A DNA stretch of 64,000 nucleotides from Candidatus Eremiobacteria bacterium (GCA_963758295.1 CAVWUU010000004.1:928001-992000); one strand, 5' to 3'. Positions 43,984-54,225 are shown, counted from the first letter of the stretch. Program-made: numbers and translations. Notes: generated by a model from the letters alone, not told the origin.

Positions 43984-45507
43984 CTACTTCGAGTGTTTCT
44001 GCTTGTTCAGATCCGCGATCGCTTGCTGAATCTGGCCGTATTCTTTCGTGCCCTTGCGCATCTCGCCGAGGAGCCGTTTGTACGCCGAGAGCGCCTTCTG
44101 CTTCTGATTGGTCTGCTGGTACGACTTGCCGGCGATATACAGCAACTGCGGATTCTGATCGAGGAAACCGTGCGCAGCACGATCGAGCGCGTCGAAAATG
44201 GCCGAAGCTTCCTTGTAATTGCGCATCTCGAAATCGGCGCCTGCGATGCAGCCGAGCGTCGACGGCTGACGGTCGATCTGAAAGCTCTTGCTGCACGCGT
44301 CCTTTGAGGACGAGTAGTTATGCGTGTACGAGTACGCCTGGCCGAGCATCGCAAAACTTTGCGCGTCCGGCGCAACTTGCGTGAGGTGCTTCAGATAACC
44401 GACGGCGTCGGTCATCTTGCCGGCGCTCATTGCCACCTGCGCCATGCGGAGCAGGGCTTCGCGGTTGTCCTTATCGATGGTCAGCGCGGTTTGCCATTCT
44501 TGCTGCGCCTTTTGGATGTTCTTCTGCGAACCCCAGAAGTCGCCGTAGGAAACGTGCGCGGCGGCGACCTTCGGATACTGCGCGATCATTTGATCGAACG
44601 TGCTCTGCGCTTGGGCCGTTTTCTTTTCGTCGATGTAGTACGTTGCTTTGCGAACGAGGATCGCGACCTTTTGGTCGTCGCTCGTGGCGGCTACGACGGC
44701 GTCATCGTACGCCGAACTCGTCTTGGCGTCATCGTGCTGTTTCGCGAACAGATCGGCCTTGAAGACCAAGCCTTGGACATCTTTCGGATCGAGCGCAAGT
44801 TCACGATCGATCGTCTGAATCGCCATCGGAATGTTGTTCTGCTGCCCGTACGTCGTCGCGATCTGGAAGAGCGGCCGCGTGTCTTTGGGATCGAGCGTCG
44901 CCGCGTGTTCGAACTGCGCCCGCGCGTCGTCGTACTTTTGCTGCGCGGCGTAAACCGCACCGAGCGTGATGTACGATTGCGCGTCGTCCTTGTTCAAGGT
45001 CACGGCGCGCTTGGCGATGCGTTCTGCATCGGCGCCGCGATTCGTACGGAGATAGAGGTCGGCGAGGTTCGCGAGGACGCCGGCGTTGCTCGGATCGAGA
45101 TTTTCGGCCTGCTCGAGATCGCCAATGGCGTTGTCCACGCGGCCAAGCTGTTCCATTGCGAATCCGTCGAGGTAGTAGACCTGCGCCGTCTTATCGCCCA
45201 TCTGCAAGAGGTGCTGCGAAAGCTGCACCGCGTAGTCGGGACGATTGACGTTGAGGAATTGTCCCGCCAGTTCGACCATGGCTTGCTGGTCGTTCGGGTT
45301 GGCCTTCAGCTTTGCCTGAAGGCGCGGAATAGCAACGTCCGGCGGTTCCGGCGACGCCGTCGGCAAGGCCGACGCCGACGGCGAGGGGCTGGGCGATGCC
45401 GCGGCTTTGCCGCCGCCGAAGAGGCCGGCTTGAGCGCTCGGGGTCGTTGCAAGAGCGGCCGCTGCAAAAGCAACGACCATCGAGGCGATAAGAGCGAAAC
45501 GTTTCAC
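43984..45507 (-). CDS. Secreted tetratricopeptide repeat protein
   Basis: Signal peptide, Pro/Ser linker, multiple TPR-like repeats. Confidence 0.88.
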   Translation of the reverse strand: MKRFALIASMVVAFAAAALATTPSAQAGLFGGGKAAASPSPSPSASALPTASPEPPDVAIPRLQAKLKANPNDQQAMVELAGQFLNVNRPDYAVQLSQHLLQMGDKTAQVYYLDGFAMEQLGRVDNAIGDLEQAENLDPSNAGVLANLADLYLRTNRGADAERIAKRAVTLNKDDAQSYITLGAVYAAQQKYDDARAQFEHAATLDPKDTRPLFQIATTYGQQNNIPMAIQTIDRELALDPKDVQGLVFKADLFAKQHDDAKTSSAYDDAVVAATSDDQKVAILVRKATYYIDEKKTAQAQSTFDQMIAQYPKVAAAHVSYGDFWGSQKNIQKAQQEWQTALTIDKDNREALLRMAQVAMSAGKMTDAVGYLKHLTQVAPDAQSFAMLGQAYSYTHNYSSSKDACSKSFQIDRQPSTLGCIAGADFEMRNYKEASAIFDALDRAAHGFLDQNPQLLYIAGKSYQQTNQKQKALSAYKRLLGEMRKGTKEYGQIQQAIADLNKQKHSK

Positions 45508-45575
45508 GAAATCCAGGTCCTTTACAAGAGACGAACGCGGGAAGGCCCACGTTCGTCACGCTACCGTCGAAAAAA

Positions 45576-46553
45576 TTAGCCCTTCGCCGCCTGCACGAGC
45601 TTCGTGAGCTCGGGCACGATGGCGAAAGCGTCGCCGACGACCATCAGGTCGGAGAATTCGGCAATGGGCGACTGACCATCTTTATTGATCGAGACGATGG
45701 TTTGGGCCGAACGCATGCCGACCTTGTGCTGAATCGCCCCGGAGATACCAACGGCGATATAGAGATTTGGGCTGACCGTCTTTCCGGTCTGTCCGATCTG
45801 GAGGCTATAGGGCACCCAACCGGCATCCGCAGCGGCGCGCGATGCGCCGACGGCTCCGCCGAGCGCTTGCGCGAGAGGCTTCAGCATCGTATCGAACGGG
45901 TCCGGACCGCCGAGACCGCGGCCGCCGGCGACAACCACCGGCGCTTCCTCGAGCGCCAACTCTCCGGAACTCTCCTCGACATCGTTCTCGACCGTGAGCG
46001 CGTAGCTCTTGCCGGCCGGTTTATCGATTGCTTGCACCGTGGCGCCCGACCCGCCGGCCTGAACCGCGAAGGCGTTCGGGCGGACGGTGGCGACGCCGTA
46101 GTCACCCGGCTTGAGCCGGCACGTCGTAATCGCTGCGCCGCCCAGCTTCGGCATGATAGCGTCGACGGTACCGCCGTCGAATTTGAAATCGACGACATCG
46201 GCAACGATGCCCGCGTTGAGACGCGCAACCAGACGGCCGGCGACGTCTTTCCCGGTGAGCGTGTTCGGAATTAGCACGAGTGACGGCCCGATGGCGCGCG
46301 CGGCAGCTTCCAAATAATCGATGACCGGGTCGAGCAGATACTTCTCGACGTCGGGATCTTCGTTGAAGTGAACGGTATCGAGCGGATACGACGTAAGCGA
46401 TTTCGCCAACTGCTCCGCGCCCGCGCCGACGACGAGGGCATGCGCTTTACCGCCGAGCGCGTCGGCGAGCTTACGCGCTTCCGTCGCCATCTCGAAGGTC
46501 ACTTTCGGCGTTTGGCCGCCCTTGTGCTGAACATAGATAAGAACGTTTTGCAT
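45576..46553 (-). CDS. etfA: Electron transfer flavoprotein alpha subunit
   Basis: VVAGGRGLG, VGASRAAADAGW, QIGQTGKTVSP.LYIAVGISGAIQH. Confidence 0.95.
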   Translation of the reverse strand: MQNVLIYVQHKGGQTPKVTFEMATEARKLADALGGKAHALVVGAGAEQLAKSLTSYPLDTVHFNEDPDVEKYLLDPVIDYLEAAARAIGPSLVLIPNTLTGKDVAGRLVARLNAGIVADVVDFKFDGGTVDAIMPKLGGAAITTCRLKPGDYGVATVRPNAFAVQAGGSGATVQAIDKPAGKSYALTVENDVEESSGELALEEAPVVVAGGRGLGGPDPFDTMLKPLAQALGGAVGASRAAADAGWVPYSLQIGQTGKTVSPNLYIAVGISGAIQHKVGMRSAQTIVSINKDGQSPIAEFSDLMVVGDAFAIVPELTKLVQAAKG

Positions 46554-47341
46554 TAAACGAGTTTCTTCTCTTTAAGGAAGTCGAAGATCGCTTTGGCACC
46601 GCTTGCGGCGTCGGCCGCTTCGACGACTTGGCCTTTGCCGCGCACGGCGGGCGGCTTCACGTCGAGCAATTCGGTTTTTGCGCCACCCACGCCGACCGGT
46701 TGATCCAACCCGAGATCGCCGATCGTTAACGGCGCGATCGTCTTTTTCTTCGCGCCCATGATGCCTTTGAGCGAAGCGTAGCGCGGTTCACCGAACGTAA
46801 GCGCCGTCGTGAGGAGTGAACGCACCGGCCCACTGACGGTTTGATGACCCGTATCGGTTTCGCGTTGCACCGTGAGCTTGTCGCCCGCGATATCGACCTT
46901 CACCGCATTCGTAATCATCGGAAGCCCGAGGCGTTCCGCGATTGCGCCGGGCGTTGCGCCGGTGCTGCCGTCGTCGGAGAGTCCGCCGACAATTAGCAGA
47001 TCGAAGCCGACTTTCTTCAACGCATTGGCCATTGCGTAGGACGTGGCCCACACGTCGCTGCCTTCAAGGCCTGCATCGCTGAGCAGTACGGCGTCGTCCG
47101 CCCCCATCGCGAGCGCTTTACGCAGCGTCTCTTTCAGCGATTCAGGCGCCATGGCAAAAACGGTAACGGTCGTGTCACCGCCGGCTTTTTCTTTGATTTG
47201 CAGCGCCGCTTCTAGCGCATATTCGTCGTAGGGATTCAGCACCGTTTCAACGCCGGTGCGAACCAAACGCTTCGAGCCTGAGTCGATACGCTTTTCAGCG
47301 TTCGGGTCCGGCACGAGCTTGACCGTAACCACGATCTTCAC
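46553..47341 (-). CDS. etfB: Electron transfer flavoprotein beta subunit
   Basis: MKIVVTVKLVPD, LNPYDEYALE, ALAMGAD, EPRYASLKGIMGAKKK. Confidence 0.95.
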   Translation of the reverse strand: MKIVVTVKLVPDPNAEKRIDSGSKRLVRTGVETVLNPYDEYALEAALQIKEKAGGDTTVTVFAMAPESLKETLRKALAMGADDAVLLSDAGLEGSDVWATSYAMANALKKVGFDLLIVGGLSDDGSTGATPGAIAERLGLPMITNAVKVDIAGDKLTVQRETDTGHQTVSGPVRSLLTTALTFGEPRYASLKGIMGAKKKTIAPLTIGDLGLDQPVGVGGAKTELLDVKPPAVRGKGQVVEAADAASGAKAIFDFLKEKKLV

Positions 47342-47487
47342 GTGGAGATATGACCTCCTGGTATCCGCGGGGAAGAACCCGGCCCTATTGGGGTTGAGCG
47401 GCGCTCAACCCTCTAAAGAGGGCCGGATTTCCGAAGGTTTTTAACGTTGATAATTTTATCAGACACCGGCTGCCCACGAGGGGCGCC

Positions 47488-48564
47488 CTACTTTCGGTGG
47501 GTCGTCCGGCCGCGTTGATACTGCTTGGGGACGAATGGCTCACCGTCGCCAAGCTCGTCGGCGGCATCCCACGGCCAGCTCGGGTCGCGGATGAAGCTGC
47601 GGGCCAGCATGATGAAGTCCGCGGCCCCCGCCTCGAGGATGTGCTCCGCTTGCCTGGGTTCAGTAATCATGCCGACGGCCATCGTCGGCATGTCGGCCAA
47701 TTTTTTGATCTCCCCGGCAAACGGAACTTGGTAGCCCGGGCCGACGGCGATCTTCTGCTGTGGCACTAGGCCGCCGCTGGACACGTCGATGAAGTCGCAC
47801 TCCCGCTTCTTCAGCTCACGGGCGAACTGCACGCATTGGACGACGTCCCAGCCGTCGTCGACCCAGTCGGTCGCCGAGACGCGGACGCCCAGCGGTTTGT
47901 TCTCGGGCCATACCGCTCGGACGGCATCGAAGAGTTCCAACGGAAAACGCATGCGATTCGGCAAGCTTCCGCCGTACTCGTCGGCCCGATGGTTCGTCAG
48001 CGGCGACAAAAACTGATGGCCGAGATATCCGTGCGCGAAGTGCAATTCGACGACGTCGACGCCAAGACGCTTGCACCGCTCGGCCGCCGCGACGAAATCA
48101 TTGCGGATTTTTTCGAGCCCCGCTGCGTCGAGTTCGCGCGGCGTATGCCAGTCACCGTACGGAATTGCCGACGGCGCGACGGTTTCCCACGCGTCGTCGC
48201 CGCTCGCGGAACCTCCGCCATCCCACGGTGAGATCGTCGACGCTTTACGCCCGGCATGCGCGAGTTGCACGCCGATTTTGCTTTGGGTCCATCGTCTGAT
48301 GAACGCGATGACTCGCGACGTCGCTTCTTCGTTCTCGTCGCTGTAGAGCCCAAGGTCTTTCGCGGTGATACGCGCTTCAGGATTGACCGCCGTCGCTTCA
48401 AAGAAGACCAATCCCGGACCCGATAACGCGAAGTGCCCGAGATTGACGACGTGCCAATCGTTCGCGTTGCCGTTCACCGACGAATATTGGCACATCGGCG
48501 AAACTACGATCCGGTTTTCGAATTGGACGTCCCGCAACTGAATCGGCGAAAAGAGTTTGCTCAA
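47488..48564 (-). CDS. NADH:flavin oxidoreductase (Old Yellow Enzyme, YqjM/NamA type)
   Basis: NRIVVSPMCQYS, QLAHAGRKAS, HFAHGYL.HQFLSP, YGGSLPNR. Confidence 0.95.
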   Translation of the reverse strand: MSKLFSPIQLRDVQFENRIVVSPMCQYSSVNGNANDWHVVNLGHFALSGPGLVFFEATAVNPEARITAKDLGLYSDENEEATSRVIAFIRRWTQSKIGVQLAHAGRKASTISPWDGGGSASGDDAWETVAPSAIPYGDWHTPRELDAAGLEKIRNDFVAAAERCKRLGVDVVELHFAHGYLGHQFLSPLTNHRADEYGGSLPNRMRFPLELFDAVRAVWPENKPLGVRVSATDWVDDGWDVVQCVQFARELKKRECDFIDVSSGGLVPQQKIAVGPGYQVPFAGEIKKLADMPTMAVGMITEPRQAEHILEAGAADFIMLARSFIRDPSWPWDAADELGDGEPFVPKQYQRGRTTHRK

Positions 48565-48659
48565 TGCACTTCCTTATACGGCGGCGGCTTTGCTTGATAG
48601 GCCGTTATACCCGCGCGAAACCGCGAGGAACGCAGCAAGCAGCTATCCAAGCGCCTCTC

Positions 48660-49382
48660 ATGAATCGTCGAATTTTCGGGCTGCTCGCGGCTCTCGCGCT
48701 TTTAGGCGTCATGCCGTCCGCACCATTCGATATCGAAACGCTTTCCGTGGGCAAAGCTGCGCCGAACTTGCCCGCAAGCGGCGGACACCCCACGGTGATC
48801 GTAGCTTTCGCCTCTTGGTGCATCGCCTGCATGAAAGAAATGCCCGAAGTGGTTGCGGATTACGCGAAGTTCAAGGACCGCGTCAGTTTCATCGGCGTCG
48901 ACTATCTCGACAATCCGAAAGCCGGCGACGACATCGTGCGCAAATACGGAATACCATTTCCGGTGGTTCAAGCGCGCGCGGACGCCAACGCCCCCAAACC
49001 GGTCGATCCGAACGAGAAGGTCGAGAAGATCATGCTTCACGGCGTGACGCCGAAGATGCTTCCGGCGAGCGTCGAGGCTTTCGCGCGCCAAATGCCCGCC
49101 GATCTAGCGGTTACGCTTCGGACCGTTTCGGCTTATTGCGAGAAACACGACGATTCGGCATGCATGTCGTTTGCTAAGGATCACGGCGTGCAGTTGGATA
49201 CCGAGCCCGGCGTCACAACTACTGAGAGGAGTCAATCGTCGACGAAAAATAATGTCCCGACGCTTTCATTGCCGCATCTGTTCGTAACGGACGGATCAGG
49301 GATCGTGCGTGAGAGCATCGAGGGCTATGAGACTGACCGTGACAGCATCCAAGCTGCATTAGGGAAGCTTGGAATCAAGTAG
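48660..49382 (+). CDS. Secreted TlpA-like thioredoxin with an insertion
   Basis: FASWCIACMKEMP; signal peptide. Confidence 0.75.
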   Translation: MNRRIFGLLAALALLGVMPSAPFDIETLSVGKAAPNLPASGGHPTVIVAFASWCIACMKEMPEVVADYAKFKDRVSFIGVDYLDNPKAGDDIVRKYGIPFPVVQARADANAPKPVDPNEKVEKIMLHGVTPKMLPASVEAFARQMPADLAVTLRTVSAYCEKHDDSACMSFAKDHGVQLDTEPGVTTTERSQSSTKNNVPTLSLPHLFVTDGSGIVRESIEGYETDRDSIQAALGKLGIK

Positions 49383-49385
49383 TCG

Positions 49386-49748
49386 TTACTTCATTTCCTC
49401 GGCGCGGAGCCTTGCAATGCGCTCGATCAGTTCGTCCGGGACGGGCTTGTCGATCGGAAAGCGGATAGTACGGTTGTCGATTTCATAAGCTTCGAGTTCT
49501 GCCTTGAATTTCGAGAGGATGGTGTCGCTCGCGGGATAGAGCGAAACATGATGCTTCCATGCGGCGAAGTGCAGAACGAGACGGGCTCCCATTTTGTACG
49601 TCGGCATCTTGTAGGAGATCAGCTCTTCCGCTAATGGCGCGCCTTTCCGAACGGCGGCACGAAGCTTTTTCAGAGCGGCTTGCGCGCCGGGTGGTTGCGC
49701 CGCGATGTACTCATCCACAGACGAGATGGCGCGATTTACTGCGGGCAT
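49386..49748 (-). CDS. DUF1801 / YdhG-like protein
   Basis: SVDEYIAAQP..EELISYKMPTY..HFAAWKHHVSLYP..TIRFPIDKPVP. Confidence 0.85.
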   Translation of the reverse strand: MPAVNRAISSVDEYIAAQPPGAQAALKKLRAAVRKGAPLAEELISYKMPTYKMGARLVLHFAAWKHHVSLYPASDTILSKFKAELEAYEIDNRTIRFPIDKPVPDELIERIARLRAEEMK

Positions 49749-49892
49749 CCCGGACTCACCCCCATTTTCTGATTCGACGTCTTCGATGCGATGGATCCGT
49801 TCTTCGATTCCGCGACGACTTCCGCATCGACCCCGTGAGCGCACAACGAAAGGGTGATTCCCGGGTTCGTGCTGCCGGTCAAAGAGCCGAAG

Positions 49893-49918
49893 ACGGGGCG
49901 GCGCGGGTGCTGCCCCGT
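49893..49918. terminator. Stable hairpin, likely terminator
   Basis: ACGGGGCGGCGC / GTGCTGCCCCGT just downstream of the cupredoxin gene. Confidence 0.5.
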
Positions 49919-49936
49919 TCTTCTTCTGTCCCCGTT

Positions 49937-50986
49937 TTATGGAACGACGGTAATTTTGCCCGTCATTCTCGAGTTGTCGTGATAGAGGCAACCGTAGAGA
50001 TAGGTACCGGCCTTAACGAATTTTACCGAGAATTTTTGGCCGAAGATGAACGTGCCCGAGTTAACCACTTTGCTGCCGTCGATCGGCGTTATCCCCGGTG
50101 GCGCGACAACGTTGACCGCGGGATCCGGCGGCATCCCCGGTAACTGGGTAGCACCGGCCTTTGCAAACGTTACCGTGTGCGGCTCGTTACTGCTTTGATT
50201 GACCCACGTTAATACCGTTCCAACTTTCACCGTCTTGCTGCCGGATGTCGCAACGTCGGCGTAATTGCCGTTGTTCAAAAACCGCAAAACCGTGGCTTGA
50301 GTCGGCGGCCCGTGTCCCAGTCCCGGCGCGATCCCGGCTGCGAACGTGTTGCCATTCGGCGTGAACGGGAAGAGTGCGACCGACTGGACACCGGAGCGGA
50401 AATCTGCCCACTCGTCCTGCGCGCCGGCGCTCAAATAATAACCCGGCGTGTGCGGATACTTCGATCCCCTTGGCTGAACGACCACGGTGCTTTCCATGGC
50501 CGGCGAGTGAAACAGACACAGAATTCTGTACGTCCCGGCCGTCGGGAAATGCAACGTGAAAAACTGACCGCCAGCAAGGATTCCTGAGTTAACGAATTTC
50601 GTTCCGTCGATGATGTTACCGCCGGCCGGAACGAGATTTTGCGGAGCCGGGGGCGGCGGAACCGGCTGTCCTTTTGGCACGAACGATACGGTGTGCGCAT
50701 CGCCGCCCGAACCGCTAGCAATGCGATACGAAATCGAATCGCCTGCATTGATGGTTATCGTATTCGGATAGTAGTCGAGGTCCTGAATCGAATAGAAATT
50801 GAGCGAAGCACCCGTTTGAACGTTCCAGACGAGTGATGTATCGGGCTGCAACGTGGTATCCGCGCCAATCGACGCGCGATTGTCGGCACCGTAGACAGTT
50901 GGGAGGTCTGACTGTGACTGCATGCTGCTGCCACCCGCGCATGCTGATAATGCAACCACGAACAATAAGGAAAAGGCCTTTCGCAT
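49937..50986 (-). CDS. Lipoprotein with two cupredoxin (plastocyanin-like) domains
   Basis: Lipobox LSAC; AHTVSF..CLFHSPAM and PHTVTF..CLYHDNSRM. Confidence 0.85.
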   Translation of the reverse strand: MRKAFSLLFVVALSACAGGSSMQSQSDLPTVYGADNRASIGADTTLQPDTSLVWNVQTGASLNFYSIQDLDYYPNTITINAGDSISYRIASGSGGDAHTVSFVPKGQPVPPPPAPQNLVPAGGNIIDGTKFVNSGILAGGQFFTLHFPTAGTYRILCLFHSPAMESTVVVQPRGSKYPHTPGYYLSAGAQDEWADFRSGVQSVALFPFTPNGNTFAAGIAPGLGHGPPTQATVLRFLNNGNYADVATSGSKTVKVGTVLTWVNQSSNEPHTVTFAKAGATQLPGMPPDPAVNVVAPPGITPIDGSKVVNSGTFIFGQKFSVKFVKAGTYLYGCLYHDNSRMTGKITVVP

Positions 50987-51364
50987 GAAAGTTCTCCTCT
51001 GCGGGGCAACGATAGAATTCAATGATACTGCTGCACTTCGCGATCGGAAATAACCGAGCAGTACGGAAGACATCGAAAGCGGCCGTTTGCCTTCTTCGTT
51101 CCCGCGACCTTAAAAAGCGCTGCCCCCGGTCCATGGTCCCTCATCATAGGACCAGTGCCGTTTGCGATCTGACACACGACGAGGTTGTGCACGATCGGCA
51201 AAAAATCGGAGTCCATGGGTGCATTCCGCGAACTCCTTCAAGTTTTAATGCTGTCTCGCATCATTGAAGCACCCAATGTGATGTCGAGGTCGAACGGAGG
51301 CATCCCGGCGGACGCTGAAACGCATCCTGAAGGGCCGGCAATCGGTTCGGACTAAAGCAGTGAA

Positions 51365-51820
51365 ATGAAAAGTGCAGCGTATCTCTTCGTTGTGATTGCC
51401 ATTCTCTGCAGCGTTTCAACGGTGCAGGCCGACGAGAAGCAAACGCCCGGGTCAGGCATTCACATTCAAACTTGCAGTGCACAAAAAGGCCGACCGGCCT
51501 ATACCGATACGTACACCGACAGCGAAGGAAAGATCCGGACCCGTCGAGTCGAGGAAGAGGACTCTTACCTCAAGATCTTTTTCCGCAACACTGGGGCAGC
51601 CGTTGTTCGGGAAGTGGACTTCGGCTTAGTAGCACGCGACGAACTGGTCGACAAGGTCAAAGATGTCGGCACGTTCTCATCCGGAGTCTTAATCGAGCAC
51701 AAGTTCAAAGTAAGCCGCGATATCTTCCCGTTGCGCACCGCTATTCCATATTGCGCCGTATTACGCGTCAAATATGAGGACGGCCACATCTGGGCCAATC
51801 CAACACCGCCTAGCGAATAG
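51365..51820 (+). CDS. Secreted hypothetical protein
   Basis: Signal peptide; DVGTFSSGVLIEH..CAVLRVKYEDG.IW. Confidence 0.7.
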   Translation: MKSAAYLFVVIAILCSVSTVQADEKQTPGSGIHIQTCSAQKGRPAYTDTYTDSEGKIRTRRVEEEDSYLKIFFRNTGAAVVREVDFGLVARDELVDKVKDVGTFSSGVLIEHKFKVSRDIFPLRTAIPYCAVLRVKYEDGHIWANPTPPSE

Positions 51821-51899
51821 CAAAACTCCGTCAGACGCTTCGAATGGATCAAATTCGGCTCCTAAACCTGAAGCGCATACCGCGGCAGTGATGGTATGC

Positions 51900-52283
51900 C
51901 TACAGGCTCTTTCGCTTGTGTAGCGTTACCAGGTTGCCTTCCGTGTCTTGGATCATCGCCATGAAGCAAACAGCTGTCTCATGCTGCATAATCACGGGAA
52001 TGCCGCGTTTCTGAACCTGACGGACGGCCTCGTCAAGGTCGTCTACGGCGAATAAGATGCCGTTGCTGGGTTGAAACGGCATCACCGCACCGCCTCCACC
52101 CCATAGACCGAAGGTACTGCCGTCAGGCAATTCGTATTCAGCGCCGCGATTGTCCGGATATACGACAACCGGTTCGAGCCCAAGCACGTCGCGATAGAAC
52201 TCGACCGCACGCGATGCATCTTTCACCATATATCCGCTCAGGTCCATACCAGTAACATTGAACGCGCGTTCATTCATTCGCAT
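51900..52283 (-). CDS. VOC/glyoxalase family protein
   Basis: VKDASRAVEFYRDVLGL..FAVDDLDEA..DTEGNLVTLH; AGGAGA RBS. Confidence 0.88.
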   Translation of the reverse strand: MRMNERAFNVTGMDLSGYMVKDASRAVEFYRDVLGLEPVVVYPDNRGAEYELPDGSTFGLWGGGGAVMPFQPSNGILFAVDDLDEAVRQVQKRGIPVIMQHETAVCFMAMIQDTEGNLVTLHKRKSL

Positions 52284-52490
52284 GTCTCCTACAAAGACGG
52301 TACAACACGTGTTAAGCCGTGGTGGATTCAAGGCCAACTGCGCGATTGGGCGAAAATCCACAGTTATCCCTGGCTCAAGTTTTGGGCCTATCCCACCGTA
52401 GGCATAAAGCCTCTTCTGGCTAGCCTGCTTGCACTTCAATGATGTAAGCAGCGATATCCGCATTCGCCTGTGTCGTTCGGGAGCTTCAAA

Positions 52491-53567
52491 ATGAAATTGC
52501 GCCGACTCATCGCTCTACCGATACTGTTCTGCTTGGCATCATCAGTGTCGGCTTGCAGCGGCCCTGACGGTGGCGGCTCACCGCATGCTCTGCCCGATGG
52601 AAGTATCGCATATCGTCTAGGATCGCAGAAGCTCGCGAATGACAGCCACCTTTCCAGGAATACGTGGACCGAGCGAGCCTCAGATCCGATTGGGAGTACC
52701 GATCTTTCAGTTGGCGTGTCCGGCCATATTCTTTACGCGGTAGGCGGTGGTGGAAATGCGCCGTGCTGCCAACCGACATCGTGGCTAAACACCTTGGAAG
52801 CCTACAATCCGACCACGAATAGCTGGCGCGTGCTAGCGCCGATGCCAACTCCTCGTTGTTGCGCAGCAATGGCCGTGGATCGCGATGTCTTATATGTCGT
52901 CGGCGGCCAAGGAAACCAAAATATTGTTGGGACGGTTGAGGCCTACAACTCATGGACAAATAAGTGGACTACGAAGGCTCCGATGCCGACACCGCGATAC
53001 GCACTTGGCGTTGGATTCGTCCATGGCATCCTCTACGCCGTGGGTGGCGTACAACCGGGACCGGTAACTCCTGCGCTAGGGACGACCGTTGAAGCTTATG
53101 ATCCAAAGGCTAATAGTTGGATGACAAAAGCGCCGTTGCCGGTAGGCCGGACCAATTTACAGGTAGCTGTAGTTCACGAAGTTCTTTACGTGTTCGGTGG
53201 CGTTGGCGGCCCCAACGGTACGGCAGGTGAAAACACCGTTGAAGCTTATGAGCCGCGCACGGACACGTGGACTGCGAAGGCGCAAATGCCGTATTCCATA
53301 TCAAACGGCGCCGCGGCAGTAGTCGACGGAAAGATCTACGTCGCCGGAGGATGTACGGTCAGCAGCAGCACGCCGGCGCAGCAGTCTTGTTACAGCGACA
53401 TGGTGGAATCGTACGATCCGAAGCTCGACAAATGGAGCACGTTGAAACCGATGCTTATTGGAGTTGATGGTCCAGCGGGCGGATCGGTTGATGGGATTTT
53501 TTACGTCGTAGGCGGCCAAAATGCTCGCTTTATGAACATTGGTACAGTCCAGGCCTTTCGACCTTAA
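52491..53567 (+). CDS. Kelch-repeat lipoprotein
   Basis: Lipobox VSAC; six repeats of LY.VGG...VEAY.P.TN.W...APMP.PR. Confidence 0.9.
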   Translation: MKLRRLIALPILFCLASSVSACSGPDGGGSPHALPDGSIAYRLGSQKLANDSHLSRNTWTERASDPIGSTDLSVGVSGHILYAVGGGGNAPCCQPTSWLNTLEAYNPTTNSWRVLAPMPTPRCCAAMAVDRDVLYVVGGQGNQNIVGTVEAYNSWTNKWTTKAPMPTPRYALGVGFVHGILYAVGGVQPGPVTPALGTTVEAYDPKANSWMTKAPLPVGRTNLQVAVVHEVLYVFGGVGGPNGTAGENTVEAYEPRTDTWTAKAQMPYSISNGAAAVVDGKIYVAGGCTVSSSTPAQQSCYSDMVESYDPKLDKWSTLKPMLIGVDGPAGGSVDGIFYVVGGQNARFMNIGTVQAFRP

Positions 53568-53641
53568 GAACCGCTGCATTACGCATCGGCTTTTACCAAG
53601 GTGCACAGGAAGCCGTCACAAGGTATTGGGCGTTTTGATTA

Positions 53642-53976
53642 TGGGATGACCGGGACTCGAACCCGGACGCCCTTACGGGCTGCAGATTTTCGCACCACTA
53701 TAGCTTTCGCTACCGCAATCACGTTTGTGGTCCGGACTGTGCCATGACCATGCGGATTCAGTTCTAAGTGCTGAACCCGGTTAGGCCGCGCCCGTCCAGT
53801 CTCTACACTTTCTCGAGGTCGCTTTCACGAATCGAGCTTAGCTCGGCGTTGTCATGCGCGCGAAGCGCGCGAAGAGTTCACCGACTTTGAGCGCATCCCG
53901 CACGGCGTTTCCTATTCGTGCGGCTCAAGGAGTGTTACCTCAAGTCTGCTGTGTCTACCGATTCCACCATCATCCC
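53642..53976 (-). tRNA. tRNA-Leu(UAA), split by a group I intron (exons 53942-53976 and 53642-53690)
   Basis: 5' exon GGGATGATGGTGGAATCGGTAGACACAGCAGACTT plus 3' exon AAAATCTGCAGCCCGTAAGGGCGTCCGGGTTCGAGTCCCGGTCATCCCA give an 84-nt tRNA with long variable arm; CCA not encoded. Confidence 0.93.
53691..53941 (-). ncRNA. Group I self-splicing intron (IC3-like), 251 nt, no ORF
   Basis: Inserted after U34; TTGAGCC guide (U.G at the 5' splice site); GTAGAGACTGGACGG and ACAGTCC core (P7); terminal G. Confidence 0.9.
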
Positions 53977-53982
53977 ACGTAG

Positions 53983-54225
53983 CTACTGTCGATAGTGTTC
54001 GACAGTATCTGCCGAGCGCATATGCGCAATGTTTGGATCTTGTCCTGCATCGCGGCGCGCGCGGCGTTGACGAAGCAGATCCCAAAAACGATCGAGCTGC
54101 ACTTGAATGTCTTCTAAGCGCTTGCGGTCTTCTTCATTCAAATGTCCGCCGTCGCCGTGTTCGAGCAGGCGATGCTCTTCAGCCACGAGGCCCTCGATGT
54201 GGGTGTTGATCTGGTTGTCGTCCAT
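53983..54225 (-). CDS. DUF2630 family protein
   Basis: LVAEEHRL..LDRFWDLLRQRRARRDAGQDP..R..TVEHYRQ. Confidence 0.85.
   Translation of the reverse strand: MDDNQINTHIEGLVAEEHRLLEHGDGGHLNEEDRKRLEDIQVQLDRFWDLLRQRRARRDAGQDPNIAHMRSADTVEHYRQ

Noticed and set aside
45520..45548. ECF promoter (GAACG-N16-CGTC) upstream of the TPR gene
   Set aside because: Same bases form a strong hairpin after etfA; cannot distinguish from a terminator or stability stem
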